In this document: positions 1-8,757 of the stretch, one piece after another
How positions within the stretch are numbered: the first letter of the stretch is position 1
How the letters are laid out: each line of letters begins with the position of its first letter
Source: Fibrobacteria bacterium
GTDB taxonomy: Bacteria > Fibrobacterota > Fibrobacteria > UBA11236
Reading direction: 5' to 3'
Assembly: GCA_041746255.1 (NCBI GenBank)
Contig: JBGTHM010000075.1
Location: 1 to 47,656 of the forward strand
Length of the DNA: 47,656 nucleotides
The notes under the pieces: generated by a model
The model's database searches: none
The model's input: only the letters and a program-made list of their open reading frames with translations
Told to the model about the DNA's origin: nothing
Translations under genes and position numbers: made by a program

Positions 1-1
1 C

Positions 2-919
2 AGACTTGCGCTCGACTCCGCCATGCCCCTCAATAATCGCGCTATTCAAGGAGGATATGAGCCCGCCTCAACCTTTAAGTCGATTGTATCGCTGGCCGCG
101 TTTCAACAGGGTGTCAGTCCAGAGTACCATCCTCCCAAGCGATGTATCGGAGGTTTCCAGTTCGGCAGGCGCTTTCAACGTTGCTGGAAGCCGTCCGGAC
201 ATGGATCCACAGGTTTTTACGAGGCCTTCCGGCAGTCTTGCGACGTCTATTATTATCAAATCGGATTGGATATCGGGATGCGGCCGATAAATGAAGTGGC
301 GTCCAATTTCGGATTCGGCCGCCTTAGTGGTATCGACCTGGAGGACGAGCGGAGGGGTCTCCTCATGGATTCCGTAACCTACAACCGTCGCTTCGAATCT
401 CGAAGGTGGCGGTGGACTCCAGGCATCATTTTGAATCTTTCCATCGGGCAAGGACAAATTGCGACTCCAATTCAACTCGCCAATTTCACGGCCGGAATGG
501 TGAATGGACGCTATATTTACAAACCCCATCTGATACGCGAAGTGCGCGACAATGAAGGTAATACGGTGGTTCGGCATGAACCCGAAATCCTCTCGGAGCT
601 TAAATATACACCGCAGCAGCATAAAATCATTCTTAATGGGCTCGATCAGGTGGTAAATTCACCTTTTGGAACCGCTGGTCGCGCAGCCGTACCCGGAGTA
701 GTGGTAGGTGGAAAGACGGGATCCGCGGAGAATCCGCATGGTGAGTTCACGCACGCGCTCTTTGTAGGAGCGGCGCCGCTTTACAACCCTGAAATTGTAA
801 TCGCGGTGGTATTAGAAAATGTAGGCTATGGAGGGTCCCATGCAGCACCAATTGCAGGCGAAATTTTCCGGTATTATTTCAAAAGAAAGGCGGACACAAC
901 ACAAAGCGCGGGCCTTTGA
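2..919 (+). CDS. mrdA: Penicillin-binding protein 2 (transpeptidase domain), 5'-truncated by window edge
   Basis: Frame open from base 2. NRAIQGGYEPASTFK (SxxK), SCD (SxN-position motif, typical of PBP2) and GGKTGSAE (KTG). Directly followed by rodA. Confidence 0.93.
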   Translation, partial: RLALDSAMPLNNRAIQGGYEPASTFKSIVSLAAFQQGVSPEYHPPKRCIGGFQFGRRFQRCWKPSGHGSTGFYEAFRQSCDVYYYQIGLDIGMRPINEVASNFGFGRLSGIDLEDERRGLLMDSVTYNRRFESRRWRWTPGIILNLSIGQGQIATPIQLANFTAGMVNGRYIYKPHLIREVRDNEGNTVVRHEPEILSELKYTPQQHKIILNGLDQVVNSPFGTAGRAAVPGVVVGGKTGSAENPHGEFTHALFVGAAPLYNPEIVIAVVLENVGYGGSHAAPIAGEIFRYYFKRKADTTQSAGL

Positions 920-2102
920 TTCCATTTTACTTGGTGTAACGGCTTTGTTAGTGGCCATTGGATTGGTATTGATCTATTCGGCCACTTTTGACGCGCCTAT
1001 CAACTATTGGGTCCGCCAGATGATAAGTGCCGGCGTCGGCGCTTTGGCCCTGGTTGTAATATTTTTTCTTCCGCCCAAATTCTGGTATGCGGCCGCCTAT
1101 CCCTTATATTTCATTTCACTAACCCCGCTTATTTACATTATTATTTTCAAAGCCGAATCCGTGGAAAGGTGGATTTCCTTACCCGGAGGGATCAAATTCC
1201 AGCCCTCGGAATTGGCGAAAGTCGCCTTGCTGCTGGCGATGGCGAGGCTGCTGGCCTTCAAGCCGCTATCGCTTGGGCGCCCGAAATCGTTGATAGCGCC
1301 TTTTATCATGTTTATCGTGCCTTTTTTGTTAGTTCTCAAACAGCCAAATCTCAGCACCGCGCTATCTTTCGTAACCATGGCCTTGGTCATGGCCTACTGG
1401 GCCGGGCTCGGCCTTAAGGATATTTTTCTGGTAACCTCTCCAGTAGTCTCCGTCGCGCTTACCTTTAACCAATTGGCATGGGCGGGAATGTTCATGTTGT
1501 TGATAGCGGTGATGTGGTTAGGGCGAAGCAGTTTCAAGCAGTCACTCCTTTTTCTCTTTCTCAATATCTCAGCGGGTTATGGGGCGATTTTCGCTTGGAA
1601 CCGTATCCTTTACGACCACCAGCGCTCCCGTATCCTTACCTTCATGGATCCCATGCTTGATCCTCTAGGCGCAGGCTATCAGGTGCTGCAATCCAAAGTG
1701 GCAATCGGTTCCGGCAAGTTTTTCGGGAAAGGCCTGCTGAATGGTACCCAAACCAATCTCAGCTTTCTGCCGGAGGAGCATACGGATTTTATTTTTTCCG
1801 TAATGGGCGAACAATTCGGATTTTTCGGTTGTCTCGTCGTGCTTGCCCTTTACCTGGTATTCCTGCTTCGAATCCTACGTATTTGCGTCGATGTACGTAG
1901 CCGGTTCGTAAATCTGGTCGCGGTTGGCGCGGCGGGTATTTTTTCCTTCCACATCATTGTGAACGTCGCCATGACCATCGGGTTGATGCCGGTTACGGGA
2001 CTACCCCTGCCGTTTCTGTCCTTCGGGGGCTCATTCCTGATTTCCTGTATTATCATAATAGGGATTCTGATAAATCTTAGAGCAAGGGGGCAAAGCGTCT
2101 GA
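840..2102 (+). CDS. rodA: Rod shape-determining protein RodA (SEDS family)
   Basis: Polytopic membrane protein with FQPSELAK, QPNLSTA, GYQVLQSKVAIGSG, LPEEHTDFIF and PVTGLPLPFLSFGGS. Start chosen at ATG 840 after GGAGG (830-834); ATG 828 is also possible. Confidence 0.93.
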   Translation: MQHQLQAKFSGIISKERRTQHKARAFDSILLGVTALLVAIGLVLIYSATFDAPINYWVRQMISAGVGALALVVIFFLPPKFWYAAAYPLYFISLTPLIYIIIFKAESVERWISLPGGIKFQPSELAKVALLLAMARLLAFKPLSLGRPKSLIAPFIMFIVPFLLVLKQPNLSTALSFVTMALVMAYWAGLGLKDIFLVTSPVVSVALTFNQLAWAGMFMLLIAVMWLGRSSFKQSLLFLFLNISAGYGAIFAWNRILYDHQRSRILTFMDPMLDPLGAGYQVLQSKVAIGSGKFFGKGLLNGTQTNLSFLPEEHTDFIFSVMGEQFGFFGCLVVLALYLVFLLRILRICVDVRSRFVNLVAVGAAGIFSFHIIVNVAMTIGLMPVTGLPLPFLSFGGSFLISCIIIIGILINLRARGQSV

Positions 2103-2135
2103 ATTAATCCGAGGCGATTTTTGATTCCCGATTAC

Positions 2136-2177
2136 TGTGATGGTAATCACCCTCCCTTTCAATTTCCCTGCTAAATT
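2136..2177 (+). promoter_or_regulatory. CRP/FNR-like box (TGTGA-N6-TCACC) and extended -10 (TGcTAAATT) upstream of comF
   Basis: TGTGAtggtaaTCACC at 2136-2151 matches TGTGA-N6-TCACA at 9/10 positions. TGCTAAATT at 2169-2177. Confidence 0.35.
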
Positions 2178-2185
2178 TCCGGAAT

Positions 2186-2971
2186 ATGGAATTCAAGGCT
2201 CGCAGGAAACATCTTAAACTGTTGGAAAAATCCGGTAGTCTCCTCCTGGAACTGTTTATACCTCCGGTTTGTCAATTATGTCCTGAAATCCGTTGGGCGG
2301 ACATCCCCTTGTGCAGAAAATGCTTGTCGGGGATAAACCGAATAGAGGCTCCCGTATGCCAAAAATGTGGATTAGGGGTATGTGGCTGTGGAGAAGATCC
2401 GGGAGGCGAGCTGGATTCGTCGCGGTTTCTCTTTACTTTGACGCCCGTTTTGGCCAGTGTCATCCATGGTTTCAAATATCGCCACAGGCCACGAAATATC
2501 CGATTTTTGGGTGCCTATATGCGATATCGCCCCGATTTGATTCCCTATATTCGTGGATTCGACGCGCTGATACCAGTCCCTTTGCATCCCCTACGTAGAC
2601 GTGAACGAGGCTACAACCAGTCTGAAATCTTAGCGAAGGTATTGGCCCAATCACACGATATTTCCATGCAGGCGTCCTGGCTAAAGAGGGTGCGTTATAC
2701 CGGGACGCAAACAAAACTGGGCAAAGACAGTCGGCAGACTAATTTGCAGGATGCCTTCGTCTGCTCTCATCCCGATTCGGTTACGGGGAAGCGTATCCTT
2801 TTGGTGGACGATGTCTATACCACGGGGGCTACGGCTAGGCAATGCGCGGCTATTCTTAAGGCGTCGGGCGCCAGGGAGGTCGGATTGTTCGCCTTGGCTT
2901 CCGTAGTCCGAAGCGGCGCCAAAGGGTTGTCGCCCGAGGATGTGGAGATTTTAGCGCCCTTCGTACTTTAG
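2186..2971 (+). CDS. comF: ComF family protein (double zinc ribbon + phosphoribosyltransferase domain)
   Basis: CxxC pairs (CQLC, CRKC, CQKC), PVPLHPLRRRERGYNQS and ILLVDDVYTTGAT. Confidence 0.9.
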   Translation: MEFKARRKHLKLLEKSGSLLLELFIPPVCQLCPEIRWADIPLCRKCLSGINRIEAPVCQKCGLGVCGCGEDPGGELDSSRFLFTLTPVLASVIHGFKYRHRPRNIRFLGAYMRYRPDLIPYIRGFDALIPVPLHPLRRRERGYNQSEILAKVLAQSHDISMQASWLKRVRYTGTQTKLGKDSRQTNLQDAFVCSHPDSVTGKRILLVDDVYTTGATARQCAAILKASGAREVGLFALASVVRSGAKGLSPEDVEILAPFVL

Positions 2972-2992
2972 GTCACAATAGTTACCTAGCAT

Positions 2993-4387
2993 TTACGGAT
3001 TTGCTTGCCGATTAGGAGCGGCAGGCGTTGCGAGGACGAAGGGTCCTTCCATTCGGCCAACCGGCAGACCTCCTATTAGGATCTCAATCAGGCAGTTTTG
3101 TGAAGGCGCCAGCAAAGAATCAGGTATCCATTCATAGACTGGAATATCATTACGCTCAAAATTTTGTATTGTCAGCATTTCCCAGTTGATACCGCCATCC
3201 AATGAAAGCACCAAGCCGATTGAATCTTCAACCGAAGGCGTTTCCCAGGCTATACGATAGGGCTCTCCAAGGATGAGCGTATCGCCTGGCATGGGTTGTA
3301 TAATCCGGGATACGGTGGGTTTTGGAGAGGTCCTCACCAAAATGGCGAGCGTATCCCTCTCTGTCCGTAACCCTATAGTCACGGCTATTTCAAAATGGTA
3401 AACCCCTTCTGATTGAAATTGCACTTCCGATTGAAGCGAGGTGGGATTTGCTATTAAGGGAGGCTGGAGGGAAATTCCAGTACTCGTTCGAAGTGCTCTC
3501 CAATGCGCCGAGACTCTGTAGGCATTTAAATCGACACCTTCAATCCTTGCAGCGAGAAAAGAAACTACATCCAGAAATGCTTCCCTGTCGCGACCGGCGT
3601 TTAGGGTAAAACTAGGGCTGGAAGCGGCGATTCTGGCGGTGTCGACTCTACCTATGGGCTCGACTACGGTGGTATAATTCCGGCTCATTTTCGTGTCAAG
3701 GGTTTCTTCTACAGCCAAGATACGGCCATCCGAGGAAAGGACTCTGAGGGGAAAGCTACCTTCGGGTAAATCTTCGAAAATAAAGTTGTTGTCAACCAGC
3801 ATGGCTTGAAAAGGCGTACCGGGTATGTAAACACTTCCGTCCTGGGGATCGGTACCTTTTTGAGCGAATGAAGCATCATATCGAACCAGGGCCTTGGGGG
3901 AAATATCCATAGTTGAAAAATTTTGCTTTCCAGGCGATGCAAAAGTTTTTGCTATTGGGTCGTAAACGACTTCCCGGATAATGCTTCCCCTGCGATCTGT
4001 GCTACGGAGTACCATATTGAAGGTTATCAATTCCCCAACACTATCGGCATTACCCGCTAATGAGTCGAAGGAATTTTTACCCAGGGGTGTGCTTGCCCGG
4101 CGTATAAAGTCGGAACCTAAAATCGTGGCAAAAGAGGAATTATTGATATTAATCGTGGCGATTGGCTCGGGATCCAGAGCCGTATTTTGGTACTGGTAAA
4201 AAAGACTGAGTGAGCCCGATAGGGGTATTGTCGCCCCTCCTTCGTTCCGGAACCCCACGGTGAGCTTTGGGTTGTCCACGCCGGAGCTGGTCCCGGCCAT
4301 GTCTTGGCCCTTTCCGCAACCCAAAATTAGAGTGCTGAAAATAAGGATATCTAGGAGGGGAAAATTCCTAAGGTAAGGAAGCTTCAT
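2993..4387 (-). CDS. Hypothetical lipoprotein, partner of TIGR02147 gene; beta-rich (Ig/PKD-like) domains
   Basis: Lipobox LILGC followed by GKGQDMAGTSSGVDN. VYIPGT motif. C-terminal GEPYRIAW..SLDGGINW. Start overlaps the upstream stop (ATGA, 4384-4387). Confidence 0.7.
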   Translation of the reverse strand: MKLPYLRNFPLLDILIFSTLILGCGKGQDMAGTSSGVDNPKLTVGFRNEGGATIPLSGSLSLFYQYQNTALDPEPIATININNSSFATILGSDFIRRASTPLGKNSFDSLAGNADSVGELITFNMVLRSTDRRGSIIREVVYDPIAKTFASPGKQNFSTMDISPKALVRYDASFAQKGTDPQDGSVYIPGTPFQAMLVDNNFIFEDLPEGSFPLRVLSSDGRILAVEETLDTKMSRNYTTVVEPIGRVDTARIAASSPSFTLNAGRDREAFLDVVSFLAARIEGVDLNAYRVSAHWRALRTSTGISLQPPLIANPTSLQSEVQFQSEGVYHFEIAVTIGLRTERDTLAILVRTSPKPTVSRIIQPMPGDTLILGEPYRIAWETPSVEDSIGLVLSLDGGINWEMLTIQNFERNDIPVYEWIPDSLLAPSQNCLIEILIGGLPVGRMEGPFVLATPAAPNRQANP

Positions 4388-5238
4388 TCGGAAACCTTGC
4401 TGTTGGGAAAGAGTTGCATGGTTAGAGTATAGATACGGTCCTCTTTTTCATCGCGATCGATGATTTCTCTCAGTTCCTCTTGGAACGAACGGATTCGGTC
4501 CTTGATGGTTTGAAATCCGGATTGCGAAATGGAGAACATGAGTGCGTTATACTGCCGGTCCTCGGTGGGAACGTTTTCGAATACTTGTAATCCCATGGCG
4601 GTTAACTCAAGTAAATGTTGGCGAGCAGCCATGGCTTGCACGTCCTTGGAAGTTGTGATATGGCGGTCGGTTACGGTGTATCCGCTGGCGGTTTTCTTAA
4701 TAAGGCCCAGGTTTAGTAATAGCTCGATGGACTCTTGCACTTGGGAGGCCGAAATTGCAGGAAAAATGCGGGATGCGATTATTGAGGGATGCTTTTGTTT
4801 TTGATCGATACCGAAAAAATTCCGAACCGCAGAAAAATACCACTTGGAAAAGTATCGGTACTGGGTTTCTTCAACTACTTGGGCTCGGGACCTACGAAAT
4901 TTGGAAAGTAGGCCGAAGTAATGGTTTTTTTCCGTCATCCCCTTTGCCTGATTAAATTGCACCAGGAGTTCAAAGTATCGGAATTCCAATTCATTGAGCT
5001 CCATTGCCTTTCCGAATTTGATACGAAGGGTCTGACTGAGATTCCTTCTGCCTTTTATGATTGCAGGAAGTAGGCTTGAGGTGGAGGGTGGCAATCCCGC
5101 TTCCTTGGCGAAACTTCTCTGGGAAAAGGAAGGCGATTTGCTTTTGCGATATGCGCAGTAGTCCCTGATATAATCACGATAATCCAAATACTGTAGTATT
5201 TTCGGTGATAAATCCTTTTTAGATCTTGGGTCCATCAT
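4384..5238 (-). CDS. TIGR02147 family protein (N-terminal HTH-like region, DUF4423-like C-terminus)
   Basis: YLDYRDYIRDY..RK...SFSQRSFAKEAGL, GRRNLS, YFELLVQFNQAK, YFSKWYFSAVR and IYTLTMQLFP are signatures of this family. Confidence 0.85.
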   Translation of the reverse strand: MMDPRSKKDLSPKILQYLDYRDYIRDYCAYRKSKSPSFSQRSFAKEAGLPPSTSSLLPAIIKGRRNLSQTLRIKFGKAMELNELEFRYFELLVQFNQAKGMTEKNHYFGLLSKFRRSRAQVVEETQYRYFSKWYFSAVRNFFGIDQKQKHPSIIASRIFPAISASQVQESIELLLNLGLIKKTASGYTVTDRHITTSKDVQAMAARQHLLELTAMGLQVFENVPTEDRQYNALMFSISQSGFQTIKDRIRSFQEELREIIDRDEKEDRIYTLTMQLFPNSKVSE

Positions 5239-5290
5239 TTAATAATAATACGCTATTCTACCGCTGGATATTCCGCATGCCTGCTTCAAG

Positions 5291-5427
5291 GTGAGGACAA
5301 AATATACTATAGTAAATTTAGAAAATCTGGTTAAGGTACCCCGTTATTCTGAAATTATCGTTAAAAACGAGATTAAAAGCGGGATATTGAAAAATATGTT
5401 TATTTAGTGAGGACAAATAATCCTCAT
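5291..5427. promoter_or_regulatory. Candidate operator: direct repeat GTGAGGACAAA (5291, 5407); second copy forms palindrome TGAGGA-N7-TCCTCA
   Basis: Seen directly in the AT-rich divergent intergenic region between TIGR02147 and the Cys-repeat lipoprotein gene. Confidence 0.5.
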
Positions 5428-5503
5428 TTATACGCTTTTAATTTACGCCGACCAACCGGAAAAGCAGGTATCCTTAAATAGACCACTCACAACCGGAGGC
5501 CAT

Positions 5504-6268
5504 ATGCAAAAATTTACCCACCTAACACGTTCCCTCCTCGGAATAGGAGCTGCGACATTTCTTTTTCTAGGGTGCCAGGAATTTATCGGAAACGAAGAAA
5601 CAAACACCGAATCTAACGCAGAGATAAAAAAAGAGACGATAGTGGAGGTTAAGAAAGTAGTCGATGAATCCCAATTAGAGTTGCGACAATCGGAGAATGT
5701 CGATTCCGTATTAATGGAATCGTTCGTCGAAAACGCTGAATGCCGGGAGTATTTAGCCAGAATTGAAGAGGCTCGCAAAGCGGGTAAGGATCTTAAGGAT
5801 CTTCATGCCAGGTATTTACGAAGCTGTGTCAAAGAAGATCCCGTTTTCCCTGTGGATTCGTTGAATTGCGAAGCCTTACGCAAGCGGATCGAGAACTTGG
5901 ACCCCAACTCGAATTATTATGCACGCGCTCGCCTTCTCTATTTCGAATATTGTTCTGAAGGTCGGCCTCGTCCGGATTCCGTCGGTACTGATTGCGAATC
6001 GTTAAGGAAGCGATTATCTGGCATGGACCCCAAATCCATAGAGTTTCCTGAAATCCGAAAACGCGTTGCGGAAAAGTGTAGTGAGACAAAGCCCCCACAC
6101 GATACGACGGTTGTGCGTCCTCCACGCGATACGACGGTTGTGCGCCCTCCACGCGATTCGACGGTTACGGATTGCGAAGCCTTGCGGAAGCGGATGTCCG
6201 GATATGATCCCGATTCCCCTGAGTACACGCGTGCTCACACGCTTTATGGTGAAAAATGCGTTAAATAA
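5504..6268 (+). CDS. Hypothetical lipoprotein with four C-x27-C repeats and a Pro/Thr tandem-repeat linker
   Basis: GGAGG RBS, lipobox FLGC, repeated CEALRKR..DP.S..Y.RA..LY.E.C units, downstream terminator. Confidence 0.8.
   Translation: MQKFTHLTRSLLGIGAATFLFLGCQEFIGNEETNTESNAEIKKETIVEVKKVVDESQLELRQSENVDSVLMESFVENAECREYLARIEEARKAGKDLKDLHARYLRSCVKEDPVFPVDSLNCEALRKRIENLDPNSNYYARARLLYFEYCSEGRPRPDSVGTDCESLRKRLSGMDPKSIEFPEIRKRVAEKCSETKPPHDTTVVRPPRDTTVVRPPRDSTVTDCEALRKRMSGYDPDSPEYTRAHTLYGEKCVK
6092..6166 (+). repeat. 27-bp tandem repeat, about 2.8 copies (PPRDTTVVR)
   Basis: cctccacgcgatacgacggttgtgcg(t/c)-type unit at 6092, 6119 and 6146. Confidence 0.9.
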
Positions 6269-6309
6269 TTGGTTGCCAATCTTTTTGGAATCTATTGACA
6301 AGCCCTATA

Positions 6310-6344
6310 GCTGGGAGGGTGGAAGCCTTCCCGCTTTTTTCTTT
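6310..6344 (+). terminator. Rho-independent terminator
   Basis: GGGAGGGT-ggaa-GCCTTCCC hairpin followed by TTTTTTCTTT. Confidence 0.7.
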
Positions 6345-6500
6345 GGCCAATCGATAAGCCGTATCTAAAATATCCCAATGATTGGCCTGGTGTCTCGAAT
6401 CGCAGAGCTGATATCGCACCTTTTTTTGAAAAATACAGGATCTACTCTAAATCCGGTCACTCGGAGTTTGGAATTCCGGCTTTGTACTTAAATTCTGATC

Positions 6501-8726
6501 ATGATAAAATTGCCCAAAAACAGTCCCAAGGCAAAATTTTCAACTTCCTCTTCTCCTTTCCTCGTTGCAGTGATTTTACCGGTCCTGTTCGTTGGGATTA
6601 TTCTGGCCCCGGGCATGGCACAGAAGCCGAATATCATCTTTATACTGGCCGACGATATGGGCTACGGAGAAATCGGTTCCTTATGGCAGAATTCCCGCTC
6701 CGGCCCCAAGCTTATTACGCCGGAATTGGATGCCATGGCCAAACAAGGCATGACCCTGTCGCGCCACTATGCGCCGGCTCCCGTATGTGCGCCGTCACGA
6801 GCTTCCCTGCTGACGGGCCTGCACCAAGGGCACGCCAATGTACGGGATAACCAGTTCGACAAGGCTATTGAAGATAACTTCAATATCGCCAATACCCTGC
6901 GCATCGCGGGTTACCATACGTCCCTGGTCGGTAAATATGGTATTCAAGGAAATGGTTCCAGCGCCGCCACTTGGCCTGCTTATCCCACCAAACGCGGCTT
7001 CGATTATTTTTACGGATATGTCCGGCATGTGGATGGACACCAACACTATCCCGCCAATAACTGGCCCCTGGGTGATAATGCGGTTCACCGTACCCCCAAA
7101 CAGCTGTGGGAGAACGACGAAGAGGTTTCATCCGGTTTGGATAAATGCTTCACCCAGGATTTGTTCACCGCAAAGGCCAAGCAAATCATTAAACAGCGAA
7201 CAGAGGGGGAGCCTGACAAACCCTTTTTTCTCTACCTTGCCTACGATACTCCGCACGCGGCCCTGCAATTGCCGACAGTGGCCTATCCCTCCGGCGGTGG
7301 AATAAGCGGGGGTCTCCAATGGATAGGTACGTCGGGCAAAATGATCAATACCGCCGCTGGAACAATCGATAGCTATCGGGATCCGCAATATGTCGCAAAA
7401 GGACTCAGCGAAGGCGAAGTCAGGCAGGGGACCATGATTTCCAGGCTCGACCGGTCGGTGGGGGACCTGTTGCAAACCCTGAAGGATTTAAAAATTGAAA
7501 ACCGAACCCTGGTTTTCTTTACCTCGGACAATGGTCCTGCAAATGGAACATACATGTCCGGGGAAGGCTATGAACCGACCACTTTTCAGTCCTATGGCCC
7601 CTTGCAGGGTATGAAGCGCGATGTTTTTGAGGGCGGAATCCGCGTCCCCACACTGGCGTGGGGTCCGACTCGCATTCTGGCGGACAAGGTCAACTCCACT
7701 CCGTCTCAATTCCATGACTGGTTACCCACCTTCCTCGATTTTGCCGGTCAGGAAAGGCCAGCCCGTGCAGACGGGGTTTCCCTGAAACCGACTTTGACTG
7801 GGAGCGGTAACCAGGAGGCGAGCCGGGTTTATGTCGAATATACCGTCAATGGAGCCATGCCCAAGTTCAGTGATTTTCCGACCCATGGGGGCGCATCCCG
7901 AGTACAGGGTCAGGCTGTTTATCTTGATGGTTACAAGGGCATTCGTAACAATATGGATTCGCATGCCGAGGATTTTCTGATTTATGATACAGAAAATGAT
8001 GCGGCGGAAAAGAAGAACCTTTCCGGCACATCGCCTGCCTTTACTGCCTTGCAACGACGGATGAAGGACGCGGTTTTACAGATGCGGATTCCGGATGCCT
8101 CCGCACCCAGGCCTTATGACAGTGAGCCTGTACCGGCGATTCCGGTATCCGCGATTGAGCCGGGTCTCCTGACTTCCCGTTATAAAGGAGCTTGGCCTTG
8201 GGTGCCCGCTTTCGATGTCATGCCGGCTTTGCAATCCAGCATAGAGACGAAACCCGATGTAGCCCATGTTCCTCGGCCCGGCCCCGCAGGTCTGTTGTAC
8301 TCCGGTTACCTGTCGGTTCCCACAACCGGAGTTTGGACCTTTTTCGTAAAAGCCGATAAAGCCGCCGTTCTGCGAATCCATGACATTCTGGTTTTGGATG
8401 CCGATTATGGCTATACCGGCACGGAAAAAAAACAAGAATTACGGCTGGAAAAAGGTCTGCATCCCATTCGCCTCTATTACCGTTCGGAAGGGACCGCTCC
8501 CTCCCTAGCTCTACAGTGGAGTGGGCCGGGTACAACCAAGACAGCCGTACCAGCAAGCCGGTTTTTTATCAGAGAGGGAACGGTTTCATTGCACCCCTTC
8601 GCCCCAGGGATGAACCTCGATGGGAAAGACAAGCTAGGGAAACCGCATTCGGTTGATGGCCGTCTTCGCTCGTTACAAGAAAGGGAATCGTGGTGGAAGC
8701 CGATTTTCCTGCATGGGAGTCCCTGA
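6501..8726 (+). CDS. Exported arylsulfatase (S1 family, Cys-type) with C-terminal PA14 domain
   Basis: Signal/TM segment, KPNIIFILADDMGYGE, CAPSRASLLTG (CxPxR), SDNGP, FEGGIRVP. PA14-like YSGYLSVPTTGVWTF..GLHPIRLYY..LQWSGPG. Confidence 0.9.
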   Translation: MIKLPKNSPKAKFSTSSSPFLVAVILPVLFVGIILAPGMAQKPNIIFILADDMGYGEIGSLWQNSRSGPKLITPELDAMAKQGMTLSRHYAPAPVCAPSRASLLTGLHQGHANVRDNQFDKAIEDNFNIANTLRIAGYHTSLVGKYGIQGNGSSAATWPAYPTKRGFDYFYGYVRHVDGHQHYPANNWPLGDNAVHRTPKQLWENDEEVSSGLDKCFTQDLFTAKAKQIIKQRTEGEPDKPFFLYLAYDTPHAALQLPTVAYPSGGGISGGLQWIGTSGKMINTAAGTIDSYRDPQYVAKGLSEGEVRQGTMISRLDRSVGDLLQTLKDLKIENRTLVFFTSDNGPANGTYMSGEGYEPTTFQSYGPLQGMKRDVFEGGIRVPTLAWGPTRILADKVNSTPSQFHDWLPTFLDFAGQERPARADGVSLKPTLTGSGNQEASRVYVEYTVNGAMPKFSDFPTHGGASRVQGQAVYLDGYKGIRNNMDSHAEDFLIYDTENDAAEKKNLSGTSPAFTALQRRMKDAVLQMRIPDASAPRPYDSEPVPAIPVSAIEPGLLTSRYKGAWPWVPAFDVMPALQSSIETKPDVAHVPRPGPAGLLYSGYLSVPTTGVWTFFVKADKAAVLRIHDILVLDADYGYTGTEKKQELRLEKGLHPIRLYYRSEGTAPSLALQWSGPGTTKTAVPASRFFIREGTVSLHPFAPGMNLDGKDKLGKPHSVDGRLRSLQERESWWKPIFLHGSP

Positions 8727-8757
8727 TGCGATGGGCGGGGAAACCATTCCCATACCG

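Noticed and set aside
6092..6166. CRISPR-like repeats
   Set aside because: Contiguous in-frame tandem units with no spacers and no cas genes.
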